Assembly (NCBI GenBank): GCA_913775595.1
Contig: CAJYLB010000001.1
Location: 1,065,135 to 1,129,134, forward strand
Direction: 5' to 3'
Origin: an uncultured Aquiluna sp.
GTDB lineage: Bacteria > Actinomycetota > Actinomycetes > Actinomycetales > Microbacteriaceae
Length of the DNA: 64,000 nucleotides
The notes beneath the pieces are model-generated. The model ran no database searches. It was not told where the DNA came from and saw only the letters and a list, made by a program, of their open reading frames with translations. Positions 10,080-20,390 of the stretch are shown in pieces. The translations under genes were made by a program, and so were the position numbers. Numbering within the stretch: position 1 is the first letter of the stretch; each line of letters opens with the position of its first letter.

Positions 10080-11198
10080 TTATCCCTCGCTCATAATCAG
10101 CTTGGCAAGAGACTCGATGGTGCAGCAGCCGAGGTATTTACCCTTGCGGTCGGTTACCACTGCCATACCGACAGAGGACTGAAGCATCGTTGTTAGCGCG
10201 TCCTGAAGGGTGTCCTCTGGCTGCAGGTTCACGGTCACAGGCCTTCCGCTCTTTTCGATTGGCTGCGATGTGCGGTTGAGGGCTTTCTCGTCAATCCACC
10301 TGGTTGGCTGCTCTTTGTCATCAAGCAAAACCGCAACCAGATCCGGGGAGTCCTGCAGGGTCTTGAGAGCCTCGTCCCTGGCAACCGGGGCCGTAAGCGT
10401 CGGAACCTGGTGCAGATCGATGTCTCTAACCTTCTTTAGGGTCAGGCCCTTCAGGATTGCTCCAGAGCCGAGGAAGCTCTCAACAAACTCGTCCGCTGGG
10501 TGGGAGAGGATGGCCTCTGGCGTATCTAGTTGGGCAATCTCACTGCCCTCGCGCAAGATCGCAATTCGATTGCCCATCTTGATGGCCTCGTCGATATCGT
10601 GAGTAACAAAGACGATGGTCTTCTTAAGCTCTTGTTGCAGCCTCAAAAACTCATTCTGAAGCCGGTCGCGAGTAATCGGGTCGATTGCGCCAAACGGCTC
10701 GTCCATTAGCAGCACGTCTGGGTCTGCAGCTAGTGCCCTGGCGACGCCGACACGTTGTGCCTGACCACCAGAAAGCTCCTTGGGGTAGCGATCGCGATAG
10801 GTCTCAGGGTCCATGGAGACAAGCTCGAGCATCTCGTCAATGCGAGCCTCGATCTTCTCCTTGTCCCAGCCCAAGAGCTTCGGAACCGTTGCGATGTTCT
10901 CGGCAATGGTGCGGTGTGGGAAGAGACCAACCTGCTGAATTACGTAGCCGATCTTCCTTCTCAACTCTGATGGGTCAACATCAGTTACATCCTCACCGTT
11001 GAGGATGATTTTTCCGGAGGTTGGCTCAATCAGGCGGTTGATAAGTCGCAGGGTCGTGCTCTTTCCGCAGCCTGATGGCCCAACTAGAACTAGAACCTCG
11101 CCCTTTTCAACCTCGAGGGTCAGATCCCTAACAGCAGGCTCAGCTCCAGAGCCGTAGCTCTTGCTGACGTGCTCCAAACGAATAAGTGCTTCGCTCAT
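10080..11198 (-). CDS. betaine/proline/choline family ABC transporter ATP-binding protein with C-terminal CBS pair
   Basis: Walker A GPSGCGKST, LSGGQAQRV, LLMDEP. The C-terminal ~120 aa resemble a tandem CBS module, as in OpuCA/OpuAA. Confidence 0.9.
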   Translation of the reverse strand: MSEALIRLEHVSKSYGSGAEPAVRDLTLEVEKGEVLVLVGPSGCGKSTTLRLINRLIEPTSGKIILNGEDVTDVDPSELRRKIGYVIQQVGLFPHRTIAENIATVPKLLGWDKEKIEARIDEMLELVSMDPETYRDRYPKELSGGQAQRVGVARALAADPDVLLMDEPFGAIDPITRDRLQNEFLRLQQELKKTIVFVTHDIDEAIKMGNRIAILREGSEIAQLDTPEAILSHPADEFVESFLGSGAILKGLTLKKVRDIDLHQVPTLTAPVARDEALKTLQDSPDLVAVLLDDKEQPTRWIDEKALNRTSQPIEKSGRPVTVNLQPEDTLQDALTTMLQSSVGMAVVTDRKGKYLGCCTIESLAKLIMSEG

Positions 11199-11851
11199 CG
11201 AATTCCCTTCGAGATTGTGGCCAGTCTTGCGGCCTGAAGAATGAGGTCAATAATTAGTGCCAGCACAAGGCACAAAATCGTGCCCAGCCAAATCGCCTCG
11301 AGCGAGTTTGGAAGGGGCAGCCTGGCAAGGCCGCTCTTGATGAAGTCTCCGAGTCCACCGCCCGCAACCAGGGTTGCAATTGCTGCAATGCCCACGATCA
11401 GCATGGACGAGACGCGAACACCGGCAAGAATCACTGGCCAGGCAAGCGGCAACTCGACTCTCAGCAACACCTGGGCTGGGTTCAGTCCCATGCCTTTTGC
11501 GCTTTCCAGCACTCCGGGGTCAATGCCATCTAATCCAGTAATGGTGTTACGCAGAATCGGCAGCAGTGAATACAAAAACAGCGCGATGAAGGAGGGCGCA
11601 AAGCCCAAGCCGACTAGCGGGATAAAAATCACAAATAGCGCCAGGGATGGAATGGTCAAAAAGACCGACGCAATGGATAGAGCCAGCTCCCTAGCAAGCT
11701 GGTTGCGTCTGGTCACAATGCCGGTGACGATGGCAAACAAGCCAGCCGTCACCAGCACCGTAACCACATAGCCCGTGTGTTGGGCTAACGCCTCTAGAAC
11801 TTGCTCTTGCCGGGCAAGAGCAAACTCTAGAAGGCTTAGTAGAAAATCCAC
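11195..11851 (-). CDS. glycine betaine/choline (Opu-type) ABC transporter permease
   Basis: 218 aa, second permease of the operon. 4-nt overlap with the ATPase gene. Confidence 0.82.
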   Translation of the reverse strand: MDFLLSLLEFALARQEQVLEALAQHTGYVVTVLVTAGLFAIVTGIVTRRNQLARELALSIASVFLTIPSLALFVIFIPLVGLGFAPSFIALFLYSLLPILRNTITGLDGIDPGVLESAKGMGLNPAQVLLRVELPLAWPVILAGVRVSSMLIVGIAAIATLVAGGGLGDFIKSGLARLPLPNSLEAIWLGTILCLVLALIIDLILQAARLATISKGIR

Positions 11852-11858
11852 CGATCTA

Positions 11859-12815
11859 CTAGTCGATTAGTCCCTCAGCGACCAAGTACTCCCGAGCAAC
11901 ATCACCGGGGTCCTGTCCCTCTGCAGAAACGTAACCGTTTAGCTCAGCCATGCGCTCGTTGCTCAGGGGAGCAAGAACGGCCTCGATGATGCCATCGAAT
12001 GCCTCAGGTGCCTCGTTGTACTTGTCCTGACGGATGGTTCCGGAGACGTTGTAAACGATGTTCACACCAGGGTCCTGAACAAGAGTCAGGCCAAGAGCTG
12101 GGATACGACCGTCAGTGGTGAATACCTCACCGAAGTCGCAGTTGTTGTTGGCGGTCTCGGTGTAGATGATTCCGGTGTCGAGAATTCGCTGCTGGCTGTC
12201 TGGCAGCTCAATTCCAGCGTGAGTCTCGGTAAGAATCAGTCCATCCGGACGGCTTGGGAACTCAGACTCCATGCAGACCACGGCGTCAGAGTTGTCACGC
12301 ACGTACTCCATCATGGACTTGAGGTCGAATGGTCCGCCATTTGCCTCTGTTACCTCTGGGCTCGATGCAAAGCCATAGGTGTTGTTGAACGGCGAACGAC
12401 CAACCCAGACAATGCCGTTTTCAGCTAGGTCCATCTCGCGGACGCCAGCGGTTAGGGTCTCTGGGTCAAAGCTTGGGTCTGACTGTCCTAGGTGGACGGT
12501 CCAACCGGTGCCGTTGTACTCCATGTAGATGTCGATTTCACCCGACTCGAGTGCTGCGCGAGCGACGTTGGTTCCACCGAGGTTTACTTTGTTGTCAACC
12601 TCAGCGCCTGCAGCCTCAAATGCTGCAACCATCATCTCGCCAAGAATTAGCTGCTCATCGAAGTCCTTTGATCCGACAGCAACGGAAACGCCTGATAGGT
12701 CAAACTCCGAAAGGGCTCCGCCTGAGCTAGCCTCCTCCGAAGCGGCGCATCCTGAAAGCGCCAACGCTGCAACAGCGCCAATCGCCAACATTGAGAATTT
12801 CTTAGAATGCTTCAT
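11859..12815 (-). CDS. glycine betaine/osmoprotectant ABC transporter substrate-binding lipoprotein
   Basis: Start chosen at MKHSKKFSMLAIGAVAALALSGCAA (lipobox LSGC), preceded by AAGGAGAG. The longer ORF-track start at 12890 has no RBS. OpuCC-like body. Confidence 0.82.
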   Translation of the reverse strand: MKHSKKFSMLAIGAVAALALSGCAASEEASSGGALSEFDLSGVSVAVGSKDFDEQLILGEMMVAAFEAAGAEVDNKVNLGGTNVARAALESGEIDIYMEYNGTGWTVHLGQSDPSFDPETLTAGVREMDLAENGIVWVGRSPFNNTYGFASSPEVTEANGGPFDLKSMMEYVRDNSDAVVCMESEFPSRPDGLILTETHAGIELPDSQQRILDTGIIYTETANNNCDFGEVFTTDGRIPALGLTLVQDPGVNIVYNVSGTIRQDKYNEAPEAFDGIIEAVLAPLSNERMAELNGYVSAEGQDPGDVAREYLVAEGLID

Positions 12816-12912
12816 GCTTCTCTCCTTTGGTTTGCCCCAAGGGTAAGCGGGCTCAGGAGGCCTTACTAAATCGAGTTGTGCAAATGTCAACTAATTGGTC
12901 TAGGTTGGACGA

Positions 12913-13752
12913 ATGCGCACTCACAGCTCCGGACTGACCAGGGATCTGGAGGTAATTGAGGCGCTATCCCTGGCAGAATCCTTCACCCAAGGTGGACTGG
13001 GAGTGAATCGCGTAGCAGAAATAACCGGTCGCGATAAGGGTCAAGTTTCTAGGGTGCTTAGCACTCTTGCCGCTACCGGCCTGGTTGACAGAGATCCAAA
13101 GACAAGACGCTACTCGCTTGGTCACAGGTTCTACTCGCTCTCGATGAGAACCCGCGAGGCCCACTTAGCCCTCCAGGCCGAATCGAGGCTTGCGGAGTTG
13201 GTAGCTCAGGTTCAAGAGACCGCTCATCTAAACGTGCTTAGAGGAGGAAGGGTGCTAACTATCAAGACGGTCGTTGCCGCCGACGCAGTCAGGCGCTCTG
13301 GATGGGACGGAATCCTCTCGAATGCAGGCATAACCGCCTCTGGTAGGGCGATGCTTGCGGGTCTGACCGACTCCGAGATTGAGCTTTGGTGGCAGGAGCA
13401 TGCCCTCGACGACCCTCTCCCCATCTTGACCATTGATCTCCCGAACCCTCCAGAGCCAATCAACCCCAAGACCAAGCGCGGCAGGAGTCCAGCTAGAAGC
13501 CTGAAGCAGTTCATGGGGATGCTGCAGGAGGTTAGAGACCTTGGTTATGTCATCAGCGACGAGTTCCAAAGCGGAATAATCGACGCGGCCGCTCCCGTGA
13601 GGGACTCAAGCAATGTGGTGGTTGCCGCTATCAGCGTTGGCGCATCCATAGAGCGAATTGGCGATCAAACCGATCAGCTCGGTCAGTTTGTCTCTGCAGC
13701 AGCGCTAAGGCTGTCAATGGACCTGGGTGCTCCTATTGTTGGGCCTGCCTAA
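12913..13752 (+). CDS. IclR family transcriptional regulator
   Basis: 279 aa. N-terminal wHTH (LGVNRVAEITGRDKGQVSRVLSTLAATGLV) plus a C-terminal effector domain. Divergent from the Opu operon. Confidence 0.85.
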   Translation: MRTHSSGLTRDLEVIEALSLAESFTQGGLGVNRVAEITGRDKGQVSRVLSTLAATGLVDRDPKTRRYSLGHRFYSLSMRTREAHLALQAESRLAELVAQVQETAHLNVLRGGRVLTIKTVVAADAVRRSGWDGILSNAGITASGRAMLAGLTDSEIELWWQEHALDDPLPILTIDLPNPPEPINPKTKRGRSPARSLKQFMGMLQEVRDLGYVISDEFQSGIIDAAAPVRDSSNVVVAAISVGASIERIGDQTDQLGQFVSAAALRLSMDLGAPIVGPA

Positions 13753-13770
13753 AGGTGAAATGATTCAAGG

Positions 13771-14586
13771 ATGAGCAAAGTCGCATTCATTACCGGAGGT
13801 GCTTCCGGATTTGGCCTTGAGCTTTCTAAGAAGCTCATTGGGCTCGGTTGGATCGTCTACGCGGCTGACAAAGATTCAAAGGCGGTCCAGGCAACAAAGA
13901 GTTTTGGTGCCGTTCCAGTCACGTTAGATGTAACTGACCATAAAAAGACCAAGTCGACGATTGACAGCCTGGTGAAAAAGGAAGGTCGCATTGACCTCCT
14001 CGTCGCAAACGCGGGCTTTGGAAACTTCTCAACAGTTGAGGAAATGACCAGCGAGCAGGTTCAGCAGATTTTTGCAGTCAATGTCTTCGGTGTTGAGGCT
14101 TGCATTAGAGCTGCACTTCCCCACATGCGATCTCAGCGCTCGGGGCGCATCTTGATTACCACCTCAGTTGTTGCGCATGTTTCCCTTGCCGGCCTTGGTT
14201 GGTATGCGGCAACCAAGCATTCGATGAAAGCTGTGGCGAACGCGCTTCGTCAGGAAGTAAGAGAGCTCGGAATTTTTGTCTCGACTATCGAGCCTGGCAC
14301 CTCAAAGACTGGCTTTGGCGCTGTTGCCTTTGGGCTGCTCAAAGAAGGCAGATCTGTGGGCGAGTACGACACCGTCATGAAGGGTGTGAACAAGTGGCTC
14401 GGCGGTATGTATCGAATCTCACCTGGGCCTCAGAAGGTGGTCAACAAGATGCTTCGCGCCGCCACTGCACCAAGACCAAGGGCCCACTACCCAGCTAGCT
14501 GGGACGTTAGGGCTTTGAAGCTCGTGTTTTATCTCATGCCAAGGCGCTGGCTTGATGGTTTTATTCTCTGGCTGGCTAAACGCTGA
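13771..14586 (+). CDS. SDR family oxidoreductase
   Basis: TGGASGFG cofactor motif, NAG, and catalytic YAATK (YxxxK). Confidence 0.88.
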   Translation: MSKVAFITGGASGFGLELSKKLIGLGWIVYAADKDSKAVQATKSFGAVPVTLDVTDHKKTKSTIDSLVKKEGRIDLLVANAGFGNFSTVEEMTSEQVQQIFAVNVFGVEACIRAALPHMRSQRSGRILITTSVVAHVSLAGLGWYAATKHSMKAVANALRQEVRELGIFVSTIEPGTSKTGFGAVAFGLLKEGRSVGEYDTVMKGVNKWLGGMYRISPGPQKVVNKMLRAATAPRPRAHYPASWDVRALKLVFYLMPRRWLDGFILWLAKR

Positions 14587-14701
14587 TGCCCTTCGCTGGC
14601 ATCAAAGAGTGCGGATTAGGTTTCACTTTTTTTGGCTCATCGCTCTCGAGCCCTCAGCTAAGCCTCACGAGTCGGCTTCACGAACGAATCAGGGCTAGCT
14701 C

Positions 14702-15949
14702 TTGAGGCGATTGCATCCCGCGTGGATAGTTGCGGGAGTAACTTTCCTGACACTCATTGCGGCTGCCGCATTTAGATCGACGACATCAGTGATGTTCGAA
14801 CCGCTTGAAACGGAATTTGGTTGGTCTAGATCAGAGACCTCTCTGGCCGTAACGCTGAACCTTCTTTTCTACGGCCTGACTGCGCCATTCGCCGCCGTTT
14901 TGATGGAGCGCTACTCGGTGAAGAAGGTTGCCCTCGTGGCGCTCTCGCTCATAGGAACGGGTACGTTCCTCACAGTTTTCATGTCTGAACTGTGGCAGCT
15001 TGTCCTCTACTGGGGTGTATTTGTAGGTGCTGGTACTGGAGGGCTTGCGCTCGTTTTTGCCTCTGTAGTTGCTAACCGCTGGTTTGTTTCACGCAGAGGT
15101 TTGGTTACGGGAATTTTCTCTGCAGCCTACGCAACCGGCCAGCTTGTCTTTCTTCCCCTCCTTGCAAATTTGGTAACAAACCTTGGCTGGCAGTGGGGTT
15201 CTTTGGTAGTCGCTGGTTTTGTTGGATTGGTTATTCCAATCTTCGCGCTTCTCTTCAAGAATCGGCCGAGCGAAATTGGGGCAAGGGCTTATGGAGCAAC
15301 GGATGACTCGGATACCTACAACGAGTCGCCGCGAACCTTTGCCGCGACTTTCTCAGTTCTGTTTGAAGTGGCAAAAACCAAGCAGTTCTGGGTCCTAGGT
15401 GCCACTTTCTTTGTTTGCGGTTGGACAACCAACGGACTGATTGGCGCACACTTCATACCCGCGGCCCACGACCATGGGATGCCGGCCACGACCGCAGCCG
15501 GTTTACTCGCGGTTGTGGGCGTATTTGACTTCGTCGGGACAATTCTCTCTGGGTGGCTGACGGACAGATTCGACTCTAGGGTGTTGCTAGTTATCTATTA
15601 CAGCCTCAGGGGCTTGGCACTCTTTAGTGTCCCTTTTGTATTGGGCCCAACGGTGGAGCCACCTCTTATTTTCTTCGTTGTCTTTTATGGGCTGGACTGG
15701 ATCGCAACCGTGCCCCCGACAATTGAGCTAATCCGACGGTATTTTGGGCTTGCCAAGACTGGGATTGTCTGGGGTTGGGTCTTTGCGAGTCACATGGTTG
15801 GAGCAGGTATTGCAGCGGCTTACGCGGGAGTTATCCGAGACCTTCAGGGCAGCTACCTCATCGCCTGGATAACTGCAGCGGTGCTGTGTCTGCTTGCAGC
15901 TGGGGCATTCTGGTTCATCCGCAAAGACAAGCTACAAACGTTATCGTGA
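14702..15949 (+). CDS. MFS transporter (oxalate/formate-antiporter-like)
   Basis: 415 aa with about 12 TM helices. Starts at a TTG. Confidence 0.82.
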   Translation: MRRLHPAWIVAGVTFLTLIAAAAFRSTTSVMFEPLETEFGWSRSETSLAVTLNLLFYGLTAPFAAVLMERYSVKKVALVALSLIGTGTFLTVFMSELWQLVLYWGVFVGAGTGGLALVFASVVANRWFVSRRGLVTGIFSAAYATGQLVFLPLLANLVTNLGWQWGSLVVAGFVGLVIPIFALLFKNRPSEIGARAYGATDDSDTYNESPRTFAATFSVLFEVAKTKQFWVLGATFFVCGWTTNGLIGAHFIPAAHDHGMPATTAAGLLAVVGVFDFVGTILSGWLTDRFDSRVLLVIYYSLRGLALFSVPFVLGPTVEPPLIFFVVFYGLDWIATVPPTIELIRRYFGLAKTGIVWGWVFASHMVGAGIAAAYAGVIRDLQGSYLIAWITAAVLCLLAAGAFWFIRKDKLQTLS

Positions 15950-15956
15950 AGAATCG

Positions 15957-16027
15957 AGCGAGTGACGGGAATCGAACCCGCGCCACCAGCTTGGGAAGCT
16001 GGAGTTCTACCATTGAACTACACTCGC
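15957..16027 (-). tRNA. tRNA-Gly (CCC)
   Basis: Reverse complement is GCGAGTGTAGTTCAATGGTAGAACTCCAGCTTCCCAAGCTGGTGGCGCGGGTTCGATTCCCGTCACTCGCT. It folds as a cloverleaf with anticodon loop TTCCCAA. No CCA is encoded. Confidence 0.9.
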
Positions 16028-16066
16028 GACGGAGCAAAATTCTAACTCTCCAATAGACTCTCGGCC

Positions 16067-17086
16067 ATGCAGATTCCTGAGCCAGAAATCATTTATCCAG
16101 CCTCGGTTCCAGCTCTTCGCTGGGGCGTCCTTGGTCCGGGAGGAATAGCCGAGGTCTTCGTAGATGCTTGTCAAAAACACACTAAGCAACGCTTCCAGGC
16201 AGTTGCGTCAAGGACCTCGGGTCGAGCCGAAGAATTCGCAGCAAAGTTCTCGATCCCTGAAACTCACGCGGATTATCGTTCTCTGGTCGAGAGCGACAAC
16301 ATAGACGCCGTCTACATAGCTAGTTGGCAATACGAGCACTTTGAGCACGCAATGCTGGCATTGAATGCGGGGAAACACGTGCTGGTCGAGAAACCGATTA
16401 CGGTCCTACCCGAGCACGCAAGGGAGATCTTTAAGCTTGCTGCCTCAAAGGGACTCATGGCCATGGAGGCGATGTGGACGAGGTATCTGCCGCAGTCAAC
16501 TGTCATTCGTAAACTCCTTGCCGAGGGCTCTCTAGGGGCGCCTCAGTTATTCGCCGCGAACTTCTCCGTTGATAACCGCCACATCTCAAGGCTCTGGCAA
16601 AAAGGTGGCGGGAGCATCATCTACGACATGGGCATCTACCCAATTGCAATGTCGCAGCAGTTCCTAGGGAACCCAACAAACATCACTGCAATAGGTACTC
16701 TGCATGAGAGCGGACTAGATGCCGAAAGCCACTCCGTATTCGAATACGAGTCCGGCGCGAGGGCACAGGTAACGGCCTCAGGCATTGCGACTCTCCCTAC
16801 AACCGCAAGCTGCTCCTTCGAAAACGGCGTGGTGGTCGTGGAAGAGCCCTTCTTTGTTCCATCCGGCATCAAAGTGCGAGATAAAGAGCTCTACTTCAAA
16901 GAACAAGCCTGGTTTGATGAAACTGGCATTCGAGGCCATGAGGGCCTCAGTTACCAAGCGACCTGGTTTGCCAAGTATGTATCTGAGGGACGCGTAGAGT
17001 CTGAGGTTCACCCCGCTAGCGAAGTCGTTGCGGGTATAGAGATAGCAGCCGAGATCTGCAGGCAGATTGGCGCTGAGCCTGTTTAG
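16067..17086 (+). CDS. Gfo/Idh/MocA family oxidoreductase
   Basis: N-terminal Rossmann fold LRWGVLGPGGIA, EKP motif (VLVEKPI), 339 aa. Confidence 0.88.
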   Translation: MQIPEPEIIYPASVPALRWGVLGPGGIAEVFVDACQKHTKQRFQAVASRTSGRAEEFAAKFSIPETHADYRSLVESDNIDAVYIASWQYEHFEHAMLALNAGKHVLVEKPITVLPEHAREIFKLAASKGLMAMEAMWTRYLPQSTVIRKLLAEGSLGAPQLFAANFSVDNRHISRLWQKGGGSIIYDMGIYPIAMSQQFLGNPTNITAIGTLHESGLDAESHSVFEYESGARAQVTASGIATLPTTASCSFENGVVVVEEPFFVPSGIKVRDKELYFKEQAWFDETGIRGHEGLSYQATWFAKYVSEGRVESEVHPASEVVAGIEIAAEICRQIGAEPV

Positions 17087-19200
17087 TCTCTGACTCCAAT
17101 AATCATCGGATCATGGAAAGTGCCCTTGAAGGCCTTTTCGCTAGCGCCACTCCTGTCTAGGTATGGCGTGATGCCACCTAGGTGGAAGGGCCAGGCCGCG
17201 CCCATGATCATGCAGAGATCGATGTCCTGAGGCGTTTGCACCACCTTCTCCTCAAGCATCAGTTTGACTTCCTTGGCTAGGCCAACCTGGACCGACTCAA
17301 AAATCTCACCAGCGGTTCTAGCTTTGGTTCCACCCGAGACAATCTCGACTGCCTTCTTGTCATATCCCTTGATCTTGCCCTTAGCATCACGCTCCAAAAG
17401 CTTGCCGTAATCGGCGAGCTTATGAAGGTTCTCGCTGGCGTAGAAGCGCTCGCTATTGAAGGCATGCATGGAATCGAGCACATGTGCTCCAACCTTTAGC
17501 CCGACCAGTTCGAGCAAATCGAACGGGTTCATTGGCAAACCGAGCGGGGCGATTGCGGAGGCAACTTCCTCGAAGCTTGCGCCCTCATCAACGGCTCGCA
17601 TTGCCTCGCCTAGCAGGTAGCCAAGGAGGCGATTCACAACAAACCCTGCCGAGTCAGAGGTGATGACCGCGGTCTTCTTGAGGTTTTTAGCCAACTCCAT
17701 TGCCGTGGCAACGGTCTCGTCCGAGCTCTTCTTTGCCCTCACAACCTCAACTAGCGGCATCACGGCTACTGGGTTGAAGAAGTGAAAGCCGACCAAGCGC
17801 TCAGGATGCTTGAGGCTCTTTGCCATGGCATCCACCGAGAGCGAAGAAGTGTTTGTTGCGAGGATGCACTCATCGCTGACAACCTCCTCGATCTTGGAGA
17901 AGACCTCCTGCTTGATCTTCAACTCCTCGAAAACTGCCTCGATGACCCAGTCGCAATCAGCAAAGGCCGCGTAATCCAAGGAGCCTGAGAGGTTACCCAC
18001 GTAGCGGTTTCGGTTGTCCTGGCTAAGGCGGCCTTTTTCGACGAGTTTGTCTAGCTCCGTGGTGATGTATTCAATGCCTTTATCAATGCGCTCCTGCGAG
18101 ACATCGGTGATGACTACTGGGACCTCAAGCCGGCGCAGGAACAGCAGTGCGAACTGTGAAGCCATAAGGCCGGCACCTAGGACTCCCACCTTGCTGACTT
18201 TCCGGGCAAGGGTCTTGTCAGGAGCGCCACTTGGCTTCTTTGCGTGCTTTTGAACAAGGTTGAATGCGTAGATTGAGGCCCGGAACTGATCCGATGCGAT
18301 GAGCTCCTCAATTGCATCGTCCTCTCGCTTGAAAGCGGCTTCTTTGCTGCCGCTCTTTGCTGCCGCAATCAGGTCCAGCGCCATATAGGGAGAGAGCGGA
18401 ACCTTGCCGAGCTTCTCCTCGACGGTTGAGCGGGCGATGGAAACCGCAGGTCCCCACATGGTGGCCTTCTCAACGGCTCCCGGCTCGTTCTTACGCTTGA
18501 CCTTCTTGCCGCCGATTACCTCATCGGCCCAGGCAAGCGACTCCTCTAGGAACCTCGCGGAACCAAACATCTTGTCCGCAATGCCGAGCTCCAGGACTTC
18601 CTGGGGTTTCAGCATGCGATTTTGCTTTAGTGGGTTCTCAAGAATTACCTTCAACGAGTTACGAATGCCAATCAAATTGGGGAGTAGGTATGCCCCTCCC
18701 CAACCTGGGATTAAACCAATGAACACCTCAGGCAATGCGACTGCTGGTGCAGTCTCGTTTATGGTTCGGTAGTTGGCGTTCAGAGCGATTTCCAGACCAC
18801 CACCAAGAGCCAATCCGTTAATGAACACAAAGCTTGGCACTCCGAGCTCATCTAGCTTTCCCAGCGAATAGTGGCCAAGCTCCGCGATGAGCCTGCCGAT
18901 CTTGCGCTCCCTGATGTCTTGAACGTGGGAGAGGTCGGCCCCAGCTGCTAGGTAGTAAGGCTTGCCCGTTACAGCAACCCCGTGAATCTCCTTGTTTTTT
19001 GCCCGCTCCTTTAGCTCATCGAGCTTCTCGGCAAACTGCAGCAGGGTCTGAGGTCCCAGGGTGTTTGGCCTGGTGTGGTCCTTGCCGTTGTCCAGCGTAA
19101 TCAGGGCAATGGTTCTGCCCGATGGCATTTTGACGTCGGATACGTAGGAGTGAGTTACGACCTCGTCGTCAGCTTCCAGAAGTGGTGCGTACTTATCCAT
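17083..19200 (-). CDS. fadB: multifunctional enoyl-CoA hydratase / 3-hydroxyacyl-CoA dehydrogenase (FadB type)
   Basis: Start set at MDKYAPLL (ATG 19200), 3 nt after the thiolase stop. N-terminal crotonase fold plus an NAD-binding GVLGAGLMASQ dehydrogenase domain. Confidence 0.9.
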   Translation of the reverse strand: MDKYAPLLEADDEVVTHSYVSDVKMPSGRTIALITLDNGKDHTRPNTLGPQTLLQFAEKLDELKERAKNKEIHGVAVTGKPYYLAAGADLSHVQDIRERKIGRLIAELGHYSLGKLDELGVPSFVFINGLALGGGLEIALNANYRTINETAPAVALPEVFIGLIPGWGGAYLLPNLIGIRNSLKVILENPLKQNRMLKPQEVLELGIADKMFGSARFLEESLAWADEVIGGKKVKRKNEPGAVEKATMWGPAVSIARSTVEEKLGKVPLSPYMALDLIAAAKSGSKEAAFKREDDAIEELIASDQFRASIYAFNLVQKHAKKPSGAPDKTLARKVSKVGVLGAGLMASQFALLFLRRLEVPVVITDVSQERIDKGIEYITTELDKLVEKGRLSQDNRNRYVGNLSGSLDYAAFADCDWVIEAVFEELKIKQEVFSKIEEVVSDECILATNTSSLSVDAMAKSLKHPERLVGFHFFNPVAVMPLVEVVRAKKSSDETVATAMELAKNLKKTAVITSDSAGFVVNRLLGYLLGEAMRAVDEGASFEEVASAIAPLGLPMNPFDLLELVGLKVGAHVLDSMHAFNSERFYASENLHKLADYGKLLERDAKGKIKGYDKKAVEIVSGGTKARTAGEIFESVQVGLAKEVKLMLEEKVVQTPQDIDLCMIMGAAWPFHLGGITPYLDRSGASEKAFKGTFHDPMIIGVRD

Positions 19201-19202
19201 GA

Positions 19203-20390
19203 TTAGCCCTTGTAGTTTGAGTTTTCCCAGATGACAGTGCCGCCCATTCCCAGGCCAATGCACATCGTCGTCATTCCATAGCGAACCTCTGGGTTGTCTT
19301 CGAAGTGCCTTGCCAGCTGGTTCATCAGCCTGACACCCGACGAGGCTAGGGGGTGGCCCATGGCAATTGCGCCGCCCCAGGGGTTCACCCTTGGGTCATC
19401 ATCTGAAATACCGAAGTGATCCAGGAAGCTCAGCACCTGGATCGCAAATGCCTCGTTGATCTCAATAAGACCTATGTCTTCAATCTTGAGACCGGCCTTC
19501 TCGAGAGCCTTCTCTGTTGCCGGTATCGGGCCGATGCCCATGATCTCCGGCTCAACACCCGCAAAAGCAAAGCTGAGCATCTTCATCTTTGGCTTTAGTC
19601 CGTGCTTCCTGACAGCCGCCTCGCCTGCGATCAGCGACATGGTTGCTCCATCGGTCAAAGGCGAGGCATTTCCTGCCGTCACCTTGCCATGGGGCCTGAA
19701 TGGTGTCTTTAGATCTTTCATGCCCTCAACTGTTGAGTCTGGCCTGAGCAGCTCGTCGGTTGTGACCAGGCTCCAACCCTCATCGCTAGCCGCGGAGACT
19801 GGGATTAGATCCTTTTGAATTTTGCCCTCTTCGTAGGCTTTTGCGGCTTTCTTTTGACTGCCGACGGCGAACGCATCTGAACGCTCTTTGGTCAGGTGGG
19901 GGAAGCGGTCGTGAATCTTCTCGGCGGTGTTGCCCATGTTCATCGCGCTTGGGTCAACTAGCTTCTCGGCAAGGAATCTTGGGTTGGGATCTGCGCCCTC
20001 ACCCATGGGGTGGTGGCCCATGTGCTCAACGCCACCCGCGAGTGCGATGTCGTAGGCTCCAATCCCGATCGCGCTTCCGGTTGTGGTGACAGAGGTCATT
20101 GCCCCCGCACACCACCTATCAATCGAGTATCCGGGGACTGACAGCGGAAGACCAGCGAGGATGCTTGCGGAACGACCAATCTGAAGCCCCTGATCGCCAT
20201 ACTGAGTGGCAGCAGCAATTGCTACGTCATCGATTGACTCTTTCGGCAGGTCGGGGTGGCGCTCGAGAAGTCCGATGATGGTCTTGACCACCAGGTCATC
20301 AGCGCGAGTCTTCCAGTAGACACCCTTTTCTCCGGCCTTGCCGAATGGGGTTCTGACCCCGTCAATGAAGTAGACATCTTGGCTTTGCAT
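19203..20390 (-). CDS. fadA: acetyl-CoA C-acyltransferase (thiolase)
   Basis: 395 aa. Cys-containing N-terminal active-site region and the C-terminal MCIGLGMGG thiolase signature. Confidence 0.92.
   Translation of the reverse strand: MQSQDVYFIDGVRTPFGKAGEKGVYWKTRADDLVVKTIIGLLERHPDLPKESIDDVAIAAATQYGDQGLQIGRSASILAGLPLSVPGYSIDRWCAGAMTSVTTTGSAIGIGAYDIALAGGVEHMGHHPMGEGADPNPRFLAEKLVDPSAMNMGNTAEKIHDRFPHLTKERSDAFAVGSQKKAAKAYEEGKIQKDLIPVSAASDEGWSLVTTDELLRPDSTVEGMKDLKTPFRPHGKVTAGNASPLTDGATMSLIAGEAAVRKHGLKPKMKMLSFAFAGVEPEIMGIGPIPATEKALEKAGLKIEDIGLIEINEAFAIQVLSFLDHFGISDDDPRVNPWGGAIAMGHPLASSGVRLMNQLARHFEDNPEVRYGMTTMCIGLGMGGTVIWENSNYKG

Noticed and set aside
15775-16056. 93-aa + strand ORF covering the MFS 3' end and tRNA-Gly
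   Set aside because: It overlaps a well-supported tRNA and the MFS reading frame and shows no coding features.
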